From the human T2T-CHM13v2.0 reference genome, Homo sapiens: a stretch of 64,000 bases of DNA. A model generated the notes under the pieces. The model was not told the DNA's origin. It saw nothing but the letters and a program-made list of their open reading frames with translations, and did not search any database. Below, one piece after another: positions 27,253 through 42,420 of this stretch (positions within the stretch are counted from its first letter, which is position 1; the number at the start of each line of letters is the position of its first letter). Location: the NCBI RefSeq assembly GCF_009914755.1, contig NC_060947.1; one strand, given 5' to 3'. The translations under genes were made by a program, and so were the position numbers.

Positions 27253-27494
27253 TTCAAGCAGGTATTAAGCTTAGTGCCCATTAATTATTTTTCTTGATCC
27301 TCTCCCTCCTCTCACCCTCCACCCTTAATAGTTCCCAATGTCTGTTGTTCCTCTCTGTGTGTTTATGTGTTCTCATTATTTGGTTCTGACTTATAAGTAA
27401 GTATATGCGGTGTTTGGTTTTCTGTTCCTGTGTTAGTTTGCTAAGGATAATGGCATCCAGATCCATCCATGTCCCTGCAAAGGACATGATCTTG

Positions 27495-27802
<308 letters not shown>

Positions 27803-28655
27803 GATCTTGTTTTTTTTGGTTTTTTTTATGGCTGCATAGTATTCCATGGTGTATATGTACCACATTTTCTTTATCCATTCTATCTTTGATGGGTATTTAG
27901 GTTGATTCCATGTATTTGCTATTGTGAACAGTGTATAATTAACATAGTCTTACCCTCAACAATCTTTTAAATACATCATAAAATTAAAACTTATTTATTC
28001 TTTGACAAAATTAAAACCTACATTTTAGAAAATATCAAGTATTATTTGTTCAACATGATTTTTGCCAGGGTATAATCAAATTCTACTGAATAAGACTTAC
28101 TTTTCAAATTGTATGTATGATTTCTTTCCTTACTTTATTATGTATTAAATTTAAAATCTCATTTTGAATTATTCATCTAGGTAATGATTATTTTTTTCTT
28201 CATTTTACAGGTTTAGCCAAGAGATTTTAATATAATATCTAATAAGCCTAAAATTTTTGTTTTCTTTCCATATTATTCTTTTAAGAACATCATGTCATTG
28301 TTCTATATTGGCCTGTACTTGTCTTTGTGATACACTAGTTATTACTGTTTATTCAAACTTTTTTCCCCTCACCTCCAGTGTTGCATGTATATAAGTTACA
28401 GCTTGTGTTTTTTTAATTGAGAATCTAATAGCCTCATAGTCATAAATACCTTCATTGGCCCAAAATGATCTTAAGGATTGGGTGTGGAAGATGAAGTGGA
28501 AGTAACAAAACATATTGGTTTTGTACAGAGAATAGAAAACACATTTTCACAGATTGTTTATTCACCTGAAAGACTCTTGGTGTAAAATGAAATGCTAAAT
28601 ATGCTACCACATTCATCCAGTTAGGGGAAATGTAGCATCAATTAAAACTGAACTA

Positions 28656-28940
<285 letters not shown>

Positions 28941-28959
28941 AACTGAACAACTGAACTGG

Positions 28960-29349
<390 letters not shown>

Positions 29350-29354
29350 TACTT

Positions 29355-29980
29355 GTACTTGGATCAACTTAGATATTTTTTGCTTGAAAGTAGCAGAAGC
29401 CACAGAATCAAATAGCTTAAACAATATGATCTGTATTGTCTGACATAACAAAAAATGAAGACATAAGTTTATTCTAAGTTTAGTTAATTCAATGGCTCAT
29501 TGACACAAAAGACCGAAGTCCTTGCCAAGGATTTTCTCTGCCATTCCAAGCATTTCAATTCAGATATCTTCATGGGAGCAAGATAGCTGCAGCACTTTCA
29601 GGGATCAGATTCAGACATAAAAAAGCCCAGAAGAATAAGAACAAAGGTAGGTGTTTCTTGCATGTATCTGTTCTCTTTTTATTTAACCATTAAGTAAAGT
29701 TTTTCCTAATGCTCCCCAAAAACCTTTCTCTCTGGTCTCATTGATCAGAAATGAGTCCCAGGCCTGTAACAAAACTAATCACTGGCCAGAAAAATTACAT
29801 CACTTATCTTGCCAACATTAGTTGACACTCATTCCCTGGATTAGAAACAACATCCACTTATCTTAAATGCAAAGCCCTAAAGAAAAAGTTACTACATAAG
29901 TAAAAAATAGTGTTTTGTTAAGAAAGAGGAAGGGGAGGAGTGGATTTCTGTTGGATATACAATCATCAGTATCTGTTATA
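29355..29980 (-). mobile_element. MLT1 (MaLR) LTR, MLT1K/L-like
   Basis: caaatagcttaaacaat..., caagatagctgcagca, tctcattgatcagaa, aactaatcactggc, ttttgttaagaaagaggaagggg. Confidence 0.7.
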
Positions 29981-30245
29981 ATACATAAGAACTATTTTGT
30001 GTATATTGAATAAGGTAATATATGTTAAAACATTTGGCATATAATAACAAAGAAATTAAGACTCATAGTAGCAGAATTAAAATTCTGCTATTCAGACCCA
30101 ACCTGAAATGCTTGGAGTTGCAGAGAAAAACATTAGCAACAACTTTGGTATTTTGTATTACTGAGACACTGAATTTACTACACCTAGAATCATCTTATGT
30201 CCGGATTTTTTGTTATATCAGACAATACAGGTCATACTGTTTAAC

Positions 30246-30745
30246 TGTTAGATATGAGTTCTAAATTTCTTTTGAAAGAATCAATGTCAGTATATTCAAT
30301 TCTTCGCCTTCTACTTTTGAACTTAACTTCCTCATAAAGCACACTTTTTCAATTACCTGCTCCACCCTGACTCATTTCAATCACCTGCTCCACCCTTACT
30401 CAACCAGATTAGCTACTCCACCCTGACTCATTCCGATTACCTGTTCTGTCAGACCATTTTTCCGGCCAAACCACTCACCGTGTCACTCTCTTTAAATTAG
30501 CCAGTCGGAATTAGTTTAGCCTGTGTGGTCTAACCCTAGCCAATAGGGGAAGGACAGAGCAGCAGGGGCCACGTGCATCAGGGATAAGAACCCCTTCCCC
30601 TCCCTTGTCCAAGAGTGTGCTCACCATTGCTCCACCTGTAAGGATGCACCCTTCTATAGAAGTACCTTGCCTTGCTGAGAATTAAAAAGAAAATTTTATA
30701 TTCCAGTGCTATTTCTTTTGTGGCACCGAAACTTTTTATATAACA
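30246..30745 (+). mobile_element. Solo LTR10 (LTR10A/F-like, HERV-I group)
   Basis: TGTTAGATATGAGTTCTAAATTTC...TATATAACA. Perfect TSD TAAC (30242-30245 / 30746-30749). Confidence 0.9.
30350..30445 (+). repeat. 28-bp tandem repeat x3 with AP-1 sites
   Basis: TGACTCA at 30368 and 30424, mutated TTACTCA at 30396 (period 28). Confidence 0.88.
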
Positions 30746-32964
30746 TAACTGTTTGAGTAAATAAAATTCATGAGGAAAACAGCTAAAGATTTATTTAGCA
30801 TCACTATCCAAACTGATTATGGGAAGAGCACCATAACAGGTACAAAGAGGGTTTGTACAATGTGGAAAGTACACGACAACTGATCTAATCAAACTTCACT
30901 CTGGTTTTTTAGCTATTCCAAATCTTTGGGTGCTATGATAGTGAATAATATCCAACAGGCCAAGAGCAAAATCAGTAAAGCTGAGACCAATCTGTTGCAT
31001 CTGATTGTGTGTCTTAAGTAACCCAGTATTCATGGCCACTGATATGTATATATTAGTGATGCATCCATCCAAAAGCTTTTCCTGACACTTAACTGCATTT
31101 TCTAGAGAAATGATACATAAAATCAATGTATGCAATTGATCAGAAAAAAGCCTTTGATTGTTTTGTGTAATGGAACAAGAAAACCACTGAGCTAAGTTTC
31201 AATGGTATTCAAGTCATATGTGTGCTGCAGCAGTCCACATAGATTACAATGAGCAAAATTGTCCTTTCACAGCCAGGGCTGGGAGGAAAAACTTCCGAGG
31301 AGCTCTCTCCTGAATATATAATATATTATATATTTTCTTCAACTCCTTGGATTAAACAAGCATCAGAAAAGTATGGAAAAGGCAGCTAGCCCACAGATTT
31401 TCTGAATTTTCAGTGTTGACTGATTTTAATAAGAATGAAAGTGCAAATGACAGGAATTTTGTAACTTCCTTAACCCCAAATTAATGCCATTCGACTTGCA
31501 CATTAACAAAACAGAATGCGGAGAACTGTCAATATGACACTTGCAAAGTTTCAGGTGTTTGGATTAGAAGGTTAGAAAGCTCCCCACCCCGCCCCCCCAC
31601 CCCCTGCCTGCCACACACACTCACACAATATTGGCTAACTTCTACATTCAGTGGATGATTTCCTACATGGTAGCCAGAATTTCTGATTTGATTCCAAAAA
31701 CAAAAGATGCCAAACATCTGCTCAGAAGGAAGTAGCAAATACTGGAACTCAATGTTCTTTATACTTGAGAAAGGTTTATAACAACAAACAGCTTTTACAT
31801 GACTCACTCAGAAAAAACTAAAGACTCTTCTAAAACTACTTTTCATATACCTGCACTGAAGCAACAGTCATCTTTAAGCCAAATAGGCGGAGAGAAATGA
31901 CTTCTTCAAAGTATTCAGGTAAAATTTCGATGAAGTTTAGCTATTAGATTGTATTTTCTGGAAGGCAGCTCACTGTTGTGTTTTTCCACATTTGGGAAAA
32001 GTAAAAATGGTATAGTAATTCTGGGTGGGTCCACCTTGTTAAAATGGGCATAATTGTCCATAACCTCATTCCATTGTGATAGTGGAATTACTTTTTAAGT
32101 GTGGCATAATTGAATGATAAGAAGGGTTAGTGTGAATCACATAAATATCTCAAGGATCCAGTATGCCAAAGTTAGAATCTATAGCATAAACCTATAGTAT
32201 AGTAAATATTCAATACATTGTCTTTTGTTTCCTTTCTAAGGTCATTTTTAAATTGGGAAGGGTTTGCTTTATTGTATTACTAATAGTTATTTAACCGCTG
32301 AAAGTAAAATAAAATTTAGAGGCTTTTAATCTGATGTTAAAGATTAGGGTTATGAAACAAAATCCAAAAAATGCTTTGAAGGCCAAAATGTATGTTTTTT
32401 CTCTTCATGTTTCCTGTTCACTTTCCAGTCATCTTTAGAATAAATAACTCTTTTGCAGACCTCAACCAAATTAGTCTTCCTCAGGATGTAAACTCCTTCC
32501 TTTTAACTAACCTAGAATATGTCAGGGGTTTTCCGAAACAGCTAGCATTAAAAATAAACTCACTTAGAGAAATTCAGAAACCCTAGGTTCCTCTGCTAAA
32601 GGATGAATACCTAATGAATCTGCCTTTCCAATATGGGGAACTGAAGATGTGAACAATTTCTTCCTATTTGTCCCTATTCTTTCCTCTATTTAATGCTTAT
32701 CGCAAACTCCAGGAGACAAGAAGCTATTATCAGATCAATTATCTGGGCTTGGAAAACTTATGGGGACATATGTCCCACTTCCACCACAATATAAGAGGAG
32801 AAAGTTTACCACTGGCATTGAAGGCAGTAAAAATTGACCTTACCAATAGCCCAGCCCATAACCCAGGAAGGAACACTTTTAAACCACTGAGGTGACCAAT
32901 ATCTTCATATATATATATACACACACACATACATATTTAATTCCTTGGCCTGTATTTGTCTTTT

Positions 32965-33284
<320 letters not shown>

Positions 33285-33799
33285 TGACAGACTTGCACAG
33301 AATATGCCACACTTAAAATTAATATTTTTGCACAGCTTGCATCGTTCACACAGATGCCCTGGTAAGAATAATTCAACGTGTTCACAGTGGGTGGATTTCT
33401 TTCTCTCTCTTTCCCTTCTCTTTCTGCCAAAATCTGTGGGTGATCTTTCTTAAAATATAGGTCTGGCTAGTTCAAAACAATAAGATGAAAGTCTGCTGTG
33501 CCATATTATATATGCTTAGCTGTAAGACTTTTATTTATTTGCAAAAGATCACATGGCAATTGATTGAATTATGATGAGTTGGGAGTAGGAAATAATAAAA
33601 TTCACTCAACAAAGTAATTTGGAGTCACAATGTATGACAACAGGACCAATCCTTGGCCAAGCCAGGGTAGCATCTGACTCAGCCCAGGGGTCTAGGGCTG
33701 CTAGTCTCTTGCTGCTCTTCCCTAATGCTTCTTTCAAAAACAGGATCCTGCAACCATTAAGTACAGCTTTTAAGACTTTATTTACTATTCATTTTTCTT

Positions 33800-34185
33800 C
33801 AGACACTGAATAGCCCCCACTCCTTACTGCTATCTATCCAATTCCTTACCACCTAGAATCACTTTTTGGTCCACCTCAAGTCTCACCTCCTTCAGAAAGC
33901 CTTCCCTGATCAAGCCAGTCCACATTGTTCTCTGCTCTGAACTCACACAATACTGATCATTTAAATCTGACCTTTCATTTTAATATAACTTTATACTTTG
34001 TGGTAATTGCTTATACTCATGAATTACTCAGTAGCTTTAATGTACATTTATTTTGTCTCTCTACATATGGTATACATGCTTTAAGTACAGCTTTCATGCT
34101 GTGTACTTCTTTGTGTTTAACAGCACCTAGCCCAGGACTATTCCTGTGGTGCATACTTAGTAAATCTCAGTTAAATGAATGTGGA
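33800..34185 (+). mobile_element. L2 3' fragment
   Basis: tcacctccttcagaaagccttccctga...cagcacctagcccagg...taaatgaatg. Confidence 0.7.
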
Positions 34186-34969
34186 ATGTATCTTATGTAT
34201 CAGACGTAAGAATTGTTTAGTTGCTCTGATTTTTACAATCTAACACTTTAGCTGATAACAAGGGCCTTATTTTTGATAAATTTTCAACTTCCTCTCAGTA
34301 ATAATATGGGTGCAGATTCCATTTTTCAGTTGCCTGAGACTATTTACTATCCATTTATACACATGTGTTCCAGGATGATACCCCAGAAGTTATTCTGGAA
34401 ATATTGTAATACATACCTCTGGCTATATACTCAGATTTCACCTAAAAGGGAGTATATGTGATAATATAACATGTGGTTGTTATAAACCACAAGAAAAAAA
34501 ATTTGTTCACTGATCCTTTGTCGTCTCTTTATATTCTCCTGGAAATTTAAGAAAATACAATATGGGGTTACACACATCAAGGACTTACGCATAATTGGCA
34601 TTTTTTGTTGTTCTCAGGTTTAACTAGCATAATTAATGCTCTTCTCTCTTGCATATAGTTTTAAATGATACAATTATAGAGCTAAAATGGAGATGATATT
34701 ATCCAAGCTTTCCTGGGAGTGTATAGTACAAGATAACAAATTGTCTGCTGTACCTTTCTTCAAAAGTGGGCCTCAGGCTCCATACTGCATCTATGTGGGC
34801 TAGACTAAAATATGAAGAAGGATTTCAGATATTTGAATAAGTATGTTCCTTTGGAACAGGTATAATGTGGATATAACTTACGTTGAATTTAATTCTATAG
34901 CCAATAGAGATGGAATGAGTTTCCACAGCATAAGAATTTGGAAATTGACTATGAAGGTAAAATACAAAT

Positions 34970-35207
34970 TTCTTTTATCAGTATTATTACTTTACTTTAA
35001 GTTCTGGGATACATGTGCAGAATGTGCAGGTTTACTACATAGGTATACACGTGCCAGGGTGATTTGCTTCACCTATCAACCCATTTAAGCCCCATATGCG
35101 TTAGGCTTTGTCCTAATGCTCTCCCGCCCCTTGCTCCCCACCTGTGTTGTTCCCCTCCCTGTTTCCGTGTGTTCTTATTGTTCAACTCCCACTTGTGAGT
35201 GAGAACT
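34970..35207 (-). mobile_element. L1PA 3' UTR fragment
   Basis: tactttaagttctgggatacatgtgcagaa...cccacttgtgagtgagaac. Confidence 0.9.
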
Positions 35208-35639
35208 CTGAGACACAATTCCTTAATTGGCTTTGTAGCTGGTTAATTTAGAGAAAATTTACAGCACATAGTGGAAGGGATTGTGGGGATTACTTATCAA
35301 ATACTTGATAAATAGAGCTGTTTTTTCCTTTTTATTATTGCTGTATTCCACAAAGTGTTTTTGTATTCTCAGCTCAGTTTTAAGATCTCAGGGTGGGGAA
35401 GAGGGGGAACTTTATATGTCATGACTCTTTATACTCCTAACTTTACATAGCCTTCTAAAGTATTCTAAACTTTTGCTTTGAAGTCTCTAGACCAGCTTAT
35501 TACTCAAACATAGATCATACTATTATCTTACTAAAAATATCCACAGAGAAAAAGAGATATTCATTTTACCTATTTTACTTTTGTCTGTTAATTAGGAAAA
35601 AAACACTAATTTAAACCAAGATATATTATGGAGACATTA

Positions 35640-35825
35640 AATAAGGGAGGAAAAGATGGAGGGGGACAAGTGTTGGGAAACAACCTATTGAGTACTATGC
35701 TCACTACTTGAGTGGTGGATTCAGTTGTACTTCAAACCTTAGCATCACACAATATACCTTTGTAACACACCTGCACATGTATACTTTGTTTCTATAATAA
35801 AAGTTGAAAAAATAAAATAAGATAA
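35640..35825 (+). mobile_element. L1 (PB/old PA) 3' terminal fragment
   Basis: aacctattgagtactatgctcactac...cctgcacatgta...aataaaagttg followed by an A-rich tail. Confidence 0.8.
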
Positions 35826-36162
35826 AATTCATTTAAAAAGAAAAAGCTTCTCATACAAGTCAATATTTATATCCAATATATAAAATAATTTTAGAAAATA
35901 ATTAACTTAATGAAAATCCATACAAGGATCAGAAAGTATGGATAATTCTATTCTCACTCTGGGCACAATATAGTCACTATCTTGCTGTCAAGCTGATTCA
36001 ATCAAAGATATGTCTACAACTCCATGAAGTTCTAAAATTCCAAGATCTAGCCTTGAATGAAGAGGAAAATAGAAGTGAACAGTAAACCTATCTATGATTT
36101 TTTTTTTAATCCCCACATCTTTGGGACAAATAAACCTTATTAATATTTGAGACAAATATTGA

Positions 36163-36520
<358 letters not shown>

Positions 36521-36619
36521 TTGAATTTACTATTTTTTAAATAAATAAAGTAGCTCAAAGGTCTTATAATCCAGATCCTGGGAGACTGAGAATAAGTTTC
36601 TGGTTAAAAATGCAGAAAT

Positions 36620-36926
36620 GGCTGGGTGTGGTGGCTCACACCTGTAATCCCAGCACTTTGGGAGGCTGAGGTGGGTGGATCAGGAGGTCAGGAGAGTGAG
36701 ATCATCCTGGCTAACACAGTGAAACCCGTCTCTACTAGAAATACAAAAAATTAGCCTGGCATGGTGGCACGCGCTTGTAGTCCCAGCTACTCAGGAGTCT
36801 GAGGCGGGAGAATTGCTTGAACCTGGGAGGCGGAGGTTGCAGTGAGCCAAGATTGCACAACTGCACTCCAGCCTGGGCCCTGGGTGACAGAGCAAGACTC
36901 CATCTCCAGAAAAAAAATAAAAAAAT
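36620..36926 (+). mobile_element. Alu (AluSc/Y-like)
   Basis: Full dimer. TSD AAAAATGCAGAAAT (36606-36619 / 36927-36940). Confidence 0.95.
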
Positions 36927-37819
36927 AAAAATGCAGAAATAAATACTTCAAGATAAAAGTCAATGGAAGTATACAAAAACTATTAAAAACAAATAATGCA
37001 AAGTCACATGCTTAGCTCTTAGTAAATATCATAGAAACGTGTCCAAAAAGTAACTACTTGTTGGAAAATGGCATTCAAAATTTTTAAAAAATATGAATAA
37101 ATTACTGGTGCTACAAGCAGATTGAGCATTAAAGAAATGTCAAAGACCTGAAGTTTACGGTATGCATATGACAGTGACTTAAAATGAAGCTTAAGTAAGT
37201 CAGTTAAACTTGGCTTTAGTAATGCTGTAATATATTGTAGAGCTATACCACATACACATGCATGCATGTACAAAATCATGCAAAAGTGGAAAATGAAAGT
37301 AACTAATGGCAGCCAGTTTACAAATAATTAGATTGATATCATCTACAGATGATCAAGTAATTACTGCCAAATCACAATTCTAACTGTAAATCAATTAAAT
37401 ATAATTGCAAAGAAGTAGAACATGGAAACATCCACAGACATGCAAAGGTAAACTCAACAGACATAAAGAAATAATCCTTAGAGTGAAAGTAAAACTTAAA
37501 ATGACAAAAACTGAGCAAACTTTTGTGGCTGGAGATACATTATGAATAATAATAAGTACTTGTTTTATCTGTCAAATTTTCAAAGAACTTTTAAAAGTCT
37601 CCTATCATTTGAGTCTCATAAAAACCCTAAGAGATAGGTAGGGCTGAAATCACTGTTGAATATACTTTATATATACACACTCAAACTAATTTTTAATTAA
37701 CACACATAATAAAAAGCAAAATGTAAATTAAAAAAAATTTGGAAACAAATTATTAAAGGTTAAAAAAATAACATTTTACAAAACCATATTATAAGGAGAA
37801 CTATAAAATGGTGGCAAAG

Positions 37820-38330
37820 TATAGTAGTACCATGTAGGTAGAATAAGATAAACTGGGGTTGAAATTCTGTTTCCGCTATTTACTTCCTGTGTGATCTTGG
37901 AGAAGTTACTTAACTTCTTGAACCTCAGCTATCTCATTTGCAAAACAGAGGTAATAACCATTATACTTAGCCTACTGCCTGGGACCTAGTAGTGGCCCAA
38001 TAAAGGACATTGTTATTATTATCATTATTACTATTAATTGTCATCTGCTTGGCAAAGTCCTTCATCATTAAAACCCACCTCTGTGAGCCTTGTTCTGACT
38101 CATCCTTCAAGCAATCTTGTGAGCTCTTTCCGTTCCCTCCCATAAAACTCTGTTATTCCTTTATTATCAGACTTATCATTGCTCTATATTCATCAGTTGT
38201 CATGTCTGTTTTCATCACTAAGATTATGATCTCTTGAGAAGAGGTACTATATTATTCTTCATTTATATCTCTAGCACATAATACAGTGCTTAGCACATAG
38301 TAGATGCTCAACAAACATTTGTTGAAGGAA
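37820..38330 (+). mobile_element. MIR (~37820-38030) followed by an L2 3' end (~38050-38330)
   Basis: ctgtgtgatcttggagaagttacttaac; cttagcacatagtagatgctcaacaaacatttgttgaa. Confidence 0.78.
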
Positions 38331-40450
38331 AGCAAAATAATTATTCTCAACAACTTCCAGGATGTATTTAAATGCCTTTGTGCCTTGGAATTGTATTCTG
38401 GGCTGTGGAGTGTTAAATTACAAAAATATAAGAGCATATAACAGGAAACAGTAACAGGAAACATAAATATTGAATGTGTTACGAGTATACCTAAACCTTC
38501 AGTGATTTTAAGTGTCTAGCACTTGGCCCTACACATAATTTATGCTAAACATTTTTATAGTAATAATGAAAGAGACAAATAAGAAACCCTGAAAAAGTTC
38601 CCAAAGAGGGTAAAACACCTGAGTCATACCAAGGATTCAAGAAATATTAACAGAGAAACAAAAGGAAGGCAATAGTGAGTGAGCAACTAAGAGAGAGAGA
38701 GAGAGACAGGGAGAGAGACAGAGAAAAGTTAACAAGCATTTAACTATTTGATGGAAGGAGAAATAAGCATTCCATCTATATCTGATTGGTCCTTCCTTTT
38801 CCTTCGTCAAAGGAATTTTAAGAGAAAGTAAAAGCACTTCATGAATGTGAAGAATCATCATAATTACTATTATAATTGCTATTTCATTGAAGAACAAGGT
38901 TTTGATTTGATGAAATAAAAAATGACTTTCATTTCTTATTAATTAAATACAGCAAAAATGCCATTTTAGAATAATTAAAAGTTAAGAGATGACACAGTTC
39001 AATTGTGAAAGAAAATTATTTGAATACTTATAGAAAACTTTTAAACACAAATATCTGACAAAAAGACATCAACCTCTGAATGTTTTATGTCCTCCTTGTT
39101 GAGATTCTTACAATAATGTTTGCCACAACCTAATATTATTGTTTCGTACATATCTTTAGCCTTTAGTTTTCATTTCTTTATAGGAAGCTTTCAGTGCCAA
39201 ATGACCAAGAGAACCTTGCTGAGGACATCTCCAATAGGCCGGATTTTTAACTCCACATCAGCTTAGCATTTGTTTCTATATACTGTACTGTGTACTCCAG
39301 GCTGTGCAAAGAGAAGAAAGCTAAGAATCTTACTAAACAGAAACTGCATTTTAATAAATGTACAAAAGTTAAGATGATCGTTTAAAATATTCTTCAATAC
39401 ACAGTAAAAATCAAGTTAAGTACCTTTTGGTTATGGGGGATTAGTCCTTTTTCATGAAATGCAGAACTTCTGTTGATCACTTCTGTGTGTAATTCTGTAG
39501 ATGTCCAAAACAGTAAAACCGTGAGAGTGGGCCCAGATCCTTAAACTGACTTCTCCTTTTCCCTATATCTTTACTGAAAACAGTTATTTAATTCAAAAAC
39601 CTCTTGCATAGCATCTTTTAACTCTTTCTCAGGCTTATCTTGGTTGCTTCTCAGTAAGATACTACAGCGTGCTAGTCATTGTACCCACAAATATTAAAGA
39701 TGATTTTAAAGTAAAATAAATGAAATGAAATAAAAAGAAGGAGGTAGCCTGGCTTTAGGAAGGAAAGTTTTTGAAACTCCTGTTTCATAAAATACTTTCA
39801 CATCCCCTTAGAGTTCCACTGAGCTTGGATCCTTCATTTGCTTTGATATGTAAATGGAGATATTACTTTCTCCCAGGGTACCCTGGAGATCTGCCAAAAC
39901 ACATAAGGGTAGATGTCCTTCAGGATAGAAGCTGAGCTGCCTATAACAGCAGTCAAAGCCAAGTTTATATTTGGGCTTCACAATAAAATATCTTTTTAAA
40001 TAGTTTTTACTTCCAATGTAAATGTTTATATATTTACGTAGCTAGTCATCTTGGTTAGCCAACAGTTAGAAAACAACAGTTTTGCTGTTCCTTTTTAGTG
40101 TCATGTTTTACTTAACTTACAGCCTGCATTTGAAAATACTGTTTATGCTTCCTATGACATATTCCATAAAAATTGCTATTCCTTAAATATACATTTTAGC
40201 TGGAAGCAAGGACATATTTCAATGAAGAAAACAACTGCCAGAATGGTAAATTTGCTAATCTATAGGAATAAAGGATAATTTTTACCTCAGAGGTCATATA
40301 TATCACAATTGAAAGGAAAAGGGAGACTGAAAATTTAGGTGGAAACTTTGTCCTTTAATCAGATTTGTTTTTTATCTTCTGACTTCCTTTGTGGTTCTTT
40401 TTGCCTGTATAATGTAAAACCCATAAGGTAAAAGTAAATAATTCCAACTA

Positions 40451-40752
40451 TTTTATTTTATTTTATTTTTCAGACAGGGTCTCACTCCGTCACCCAGGCT
40501 GGAGTACAGTGGCACAATCTCGGTTCTCTGCAACCTCCATCGCCCAGGCTCAAGTGATCCCCCCACCTCAACCTCCCAAGTAGCTGGGATTACAAGCCTG
40601 CACCTCTACGCCCAGCTAATTTTTGTGTTTTTAGTAGAGACAAGGTTTTGCCATGTTGGCCAGGCTGGTCTCGAACTCCTGACCTCAGGTGATCCAAAAG
40701 CCTTGGCCTCCCCAAGTGCTGGGATTACAGGCTTGAGCCACCACACCTGGCC
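40451..40752 (-). mobile_element. Alu (AluJ-like)
   Basis: cagggtctcactc...ggctcaagtgatcc diagnostics. TSD aa(c/t)tattttatt. Confidence 0.92.
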
Positions 40753-40972
40753 AATTATTTTATTAAGGTAATGGATATCTCCTTTGAATTGATAGCTTTT
40801 GCCTCACTCTTGACTTTGGAATATTTAGAGATTCTTATTTTATGTTGTAAACTATAGTGTTATTGCTAACCTTTCATATGAAAGTTGCTGAGTAATGCTA
40901 AAAACTCTTGCCAATTCTATAATTAAGTCATAGTTATCCACTTTAACAGCCTAAAATTCAATTCTTATAGAT

Positions 40973-42084
40973 TATCGGGGGAACCCACCCCCAATATTTC
41001 AAAATAGGTTCTATTTTCCATAAGTGTCGGCCAGCTGAGAAATAAAGAGAAAGAGTACAAAGAGAGGAATTTTACAGCTGGGCCTCCGGGGGTGACATCA
41101 TATATCGGTAGGACTGTGATACCCGCCTGAGTCTCAGACCAGCAAGTTTTTATTAAGGGTTTCAAAAAAGGGGAGGGGGTGTAAAACAGGGAGTAGGTAA
41201 AAAGATCACATGCTTCAAAGGGCAAAAAGCAGAACAAAGGTCTCATGCTTCTGAAGGAACAGGACAAAAGGCAAAACAAAACTACTGATAAGGGACTATG
41301 TTCAGCTGTGCACGTATTGTCTTGATAAACATCCTAAACAACAGAAAACAGGGTTTGAGAGCAGAGAGCCGGTCTGACCACAAATTTAACAGGGCAGAGT
41401 TTTTCCCCACCCTAATAAGCCTGAGGGTACTGCAGGAGACCAGGGCATATTTCAGTCCTTATCTCAACCGCATAAGACAGACACTCCCAGAGCAGCTGTT
41501 TATAGACCTCCCCACAGGAATGCATTCCTTTCCCAGGGTATTAATATTAATATTCCCTGCTAGGAAAAGAATTTAGTGATATCTCTCCTACTTGCACGTC
41601 TGTTTATAGGCTGTCTGCAAGAAGAAAAATATGGCTCTTTTTGCCCAACCCCACAGGCAGTCAGACCTTATGGTTGTCTTCCCTTGTTCCCTAAAAATCG
41701 CTGTTATTCTGTTCTTTTTTGAGGTGCACTGATTTCATGTTGTTCAAACACACATGTTTTACCATCAATTTGTACAGTTAACACAATTATCACAGTGGTC
41801 CTGAGGTGACATACATACTCAGCTTATGAAGATAACAGGATTAAGAGACTAAAGTAAAGACAGGCATAAGAAATTATAAAAGTATTATTTGGGAACTGAT
41901 AAATGTCCATGAAACCTTCACAATTTATGTTTAGAGATTAAAGTAAAGACAGGCATAAGAAATTATAAAAGTATTATTTGGGTACTGATAAATGCCCGTA
42001 TTAAAATGAAACTTTCACAATTTATGTTCCTCTGCCACAGCTTCAGCCAGTCCCTCCATTTGGGGTCCCTGACTTCTTGCAACA
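40973..42084 (-). mobile_element. Solo MER11 LTR (HERV-K HML-8)
   Basis: Minus strand starts TGTTGCAAGAAGTCAGGGACCCC and ends CCCCCGATA. 6-bp TSD ATAGAT / ATAGAC, typical of ERVK. Confidence 0.9.
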
Positions 42085-42287
42085 ATAGACTAATTTATAA
42101 AGAAGTTTATTGTAAGTGGCACCAAAGATCACACAATAATAAGACTCTTAAAATATAATTCATTTTAGATAAATATAAATTCAACAAACTTTTAGTAATA
42201 ATAATAATGATTTTATTTGGCAATACAATAGTAGAACTGGATGCATAGTTTGATGAAATGAAAAATAAAGTTATCTATTAATGTATT

Positions 42288-42420
42288 CTTCCTCCCTTCT
42301 AGTTCTTTCCCTGTTTCCTTTTTTCTTTTTTCATTCTCTCTTTCTCTCCCTCCCTTCCTTTTTCCTTCCCTTCTTCCTTCCTTCTCTTTTTCACTTCCTT
42401 TAATCTCCCCCACCCTCTTT
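42288..42420. repeat. CT-rich low-complexity tract
   Basis: Nearly pure pyrimidine run on the + strand. Confidence 0.85.

Noticed and set aside
31313-31334. Perfect 22-bp AT palindrome
   Set aside because: Short pure-AT palindromes arise readily from TA slippage.
41845-42028. ~90-bp tandem duplication in MER11
   Set aside because: Internal repeats vary among MER11 subfamilies, so this is probably a consensus feature.
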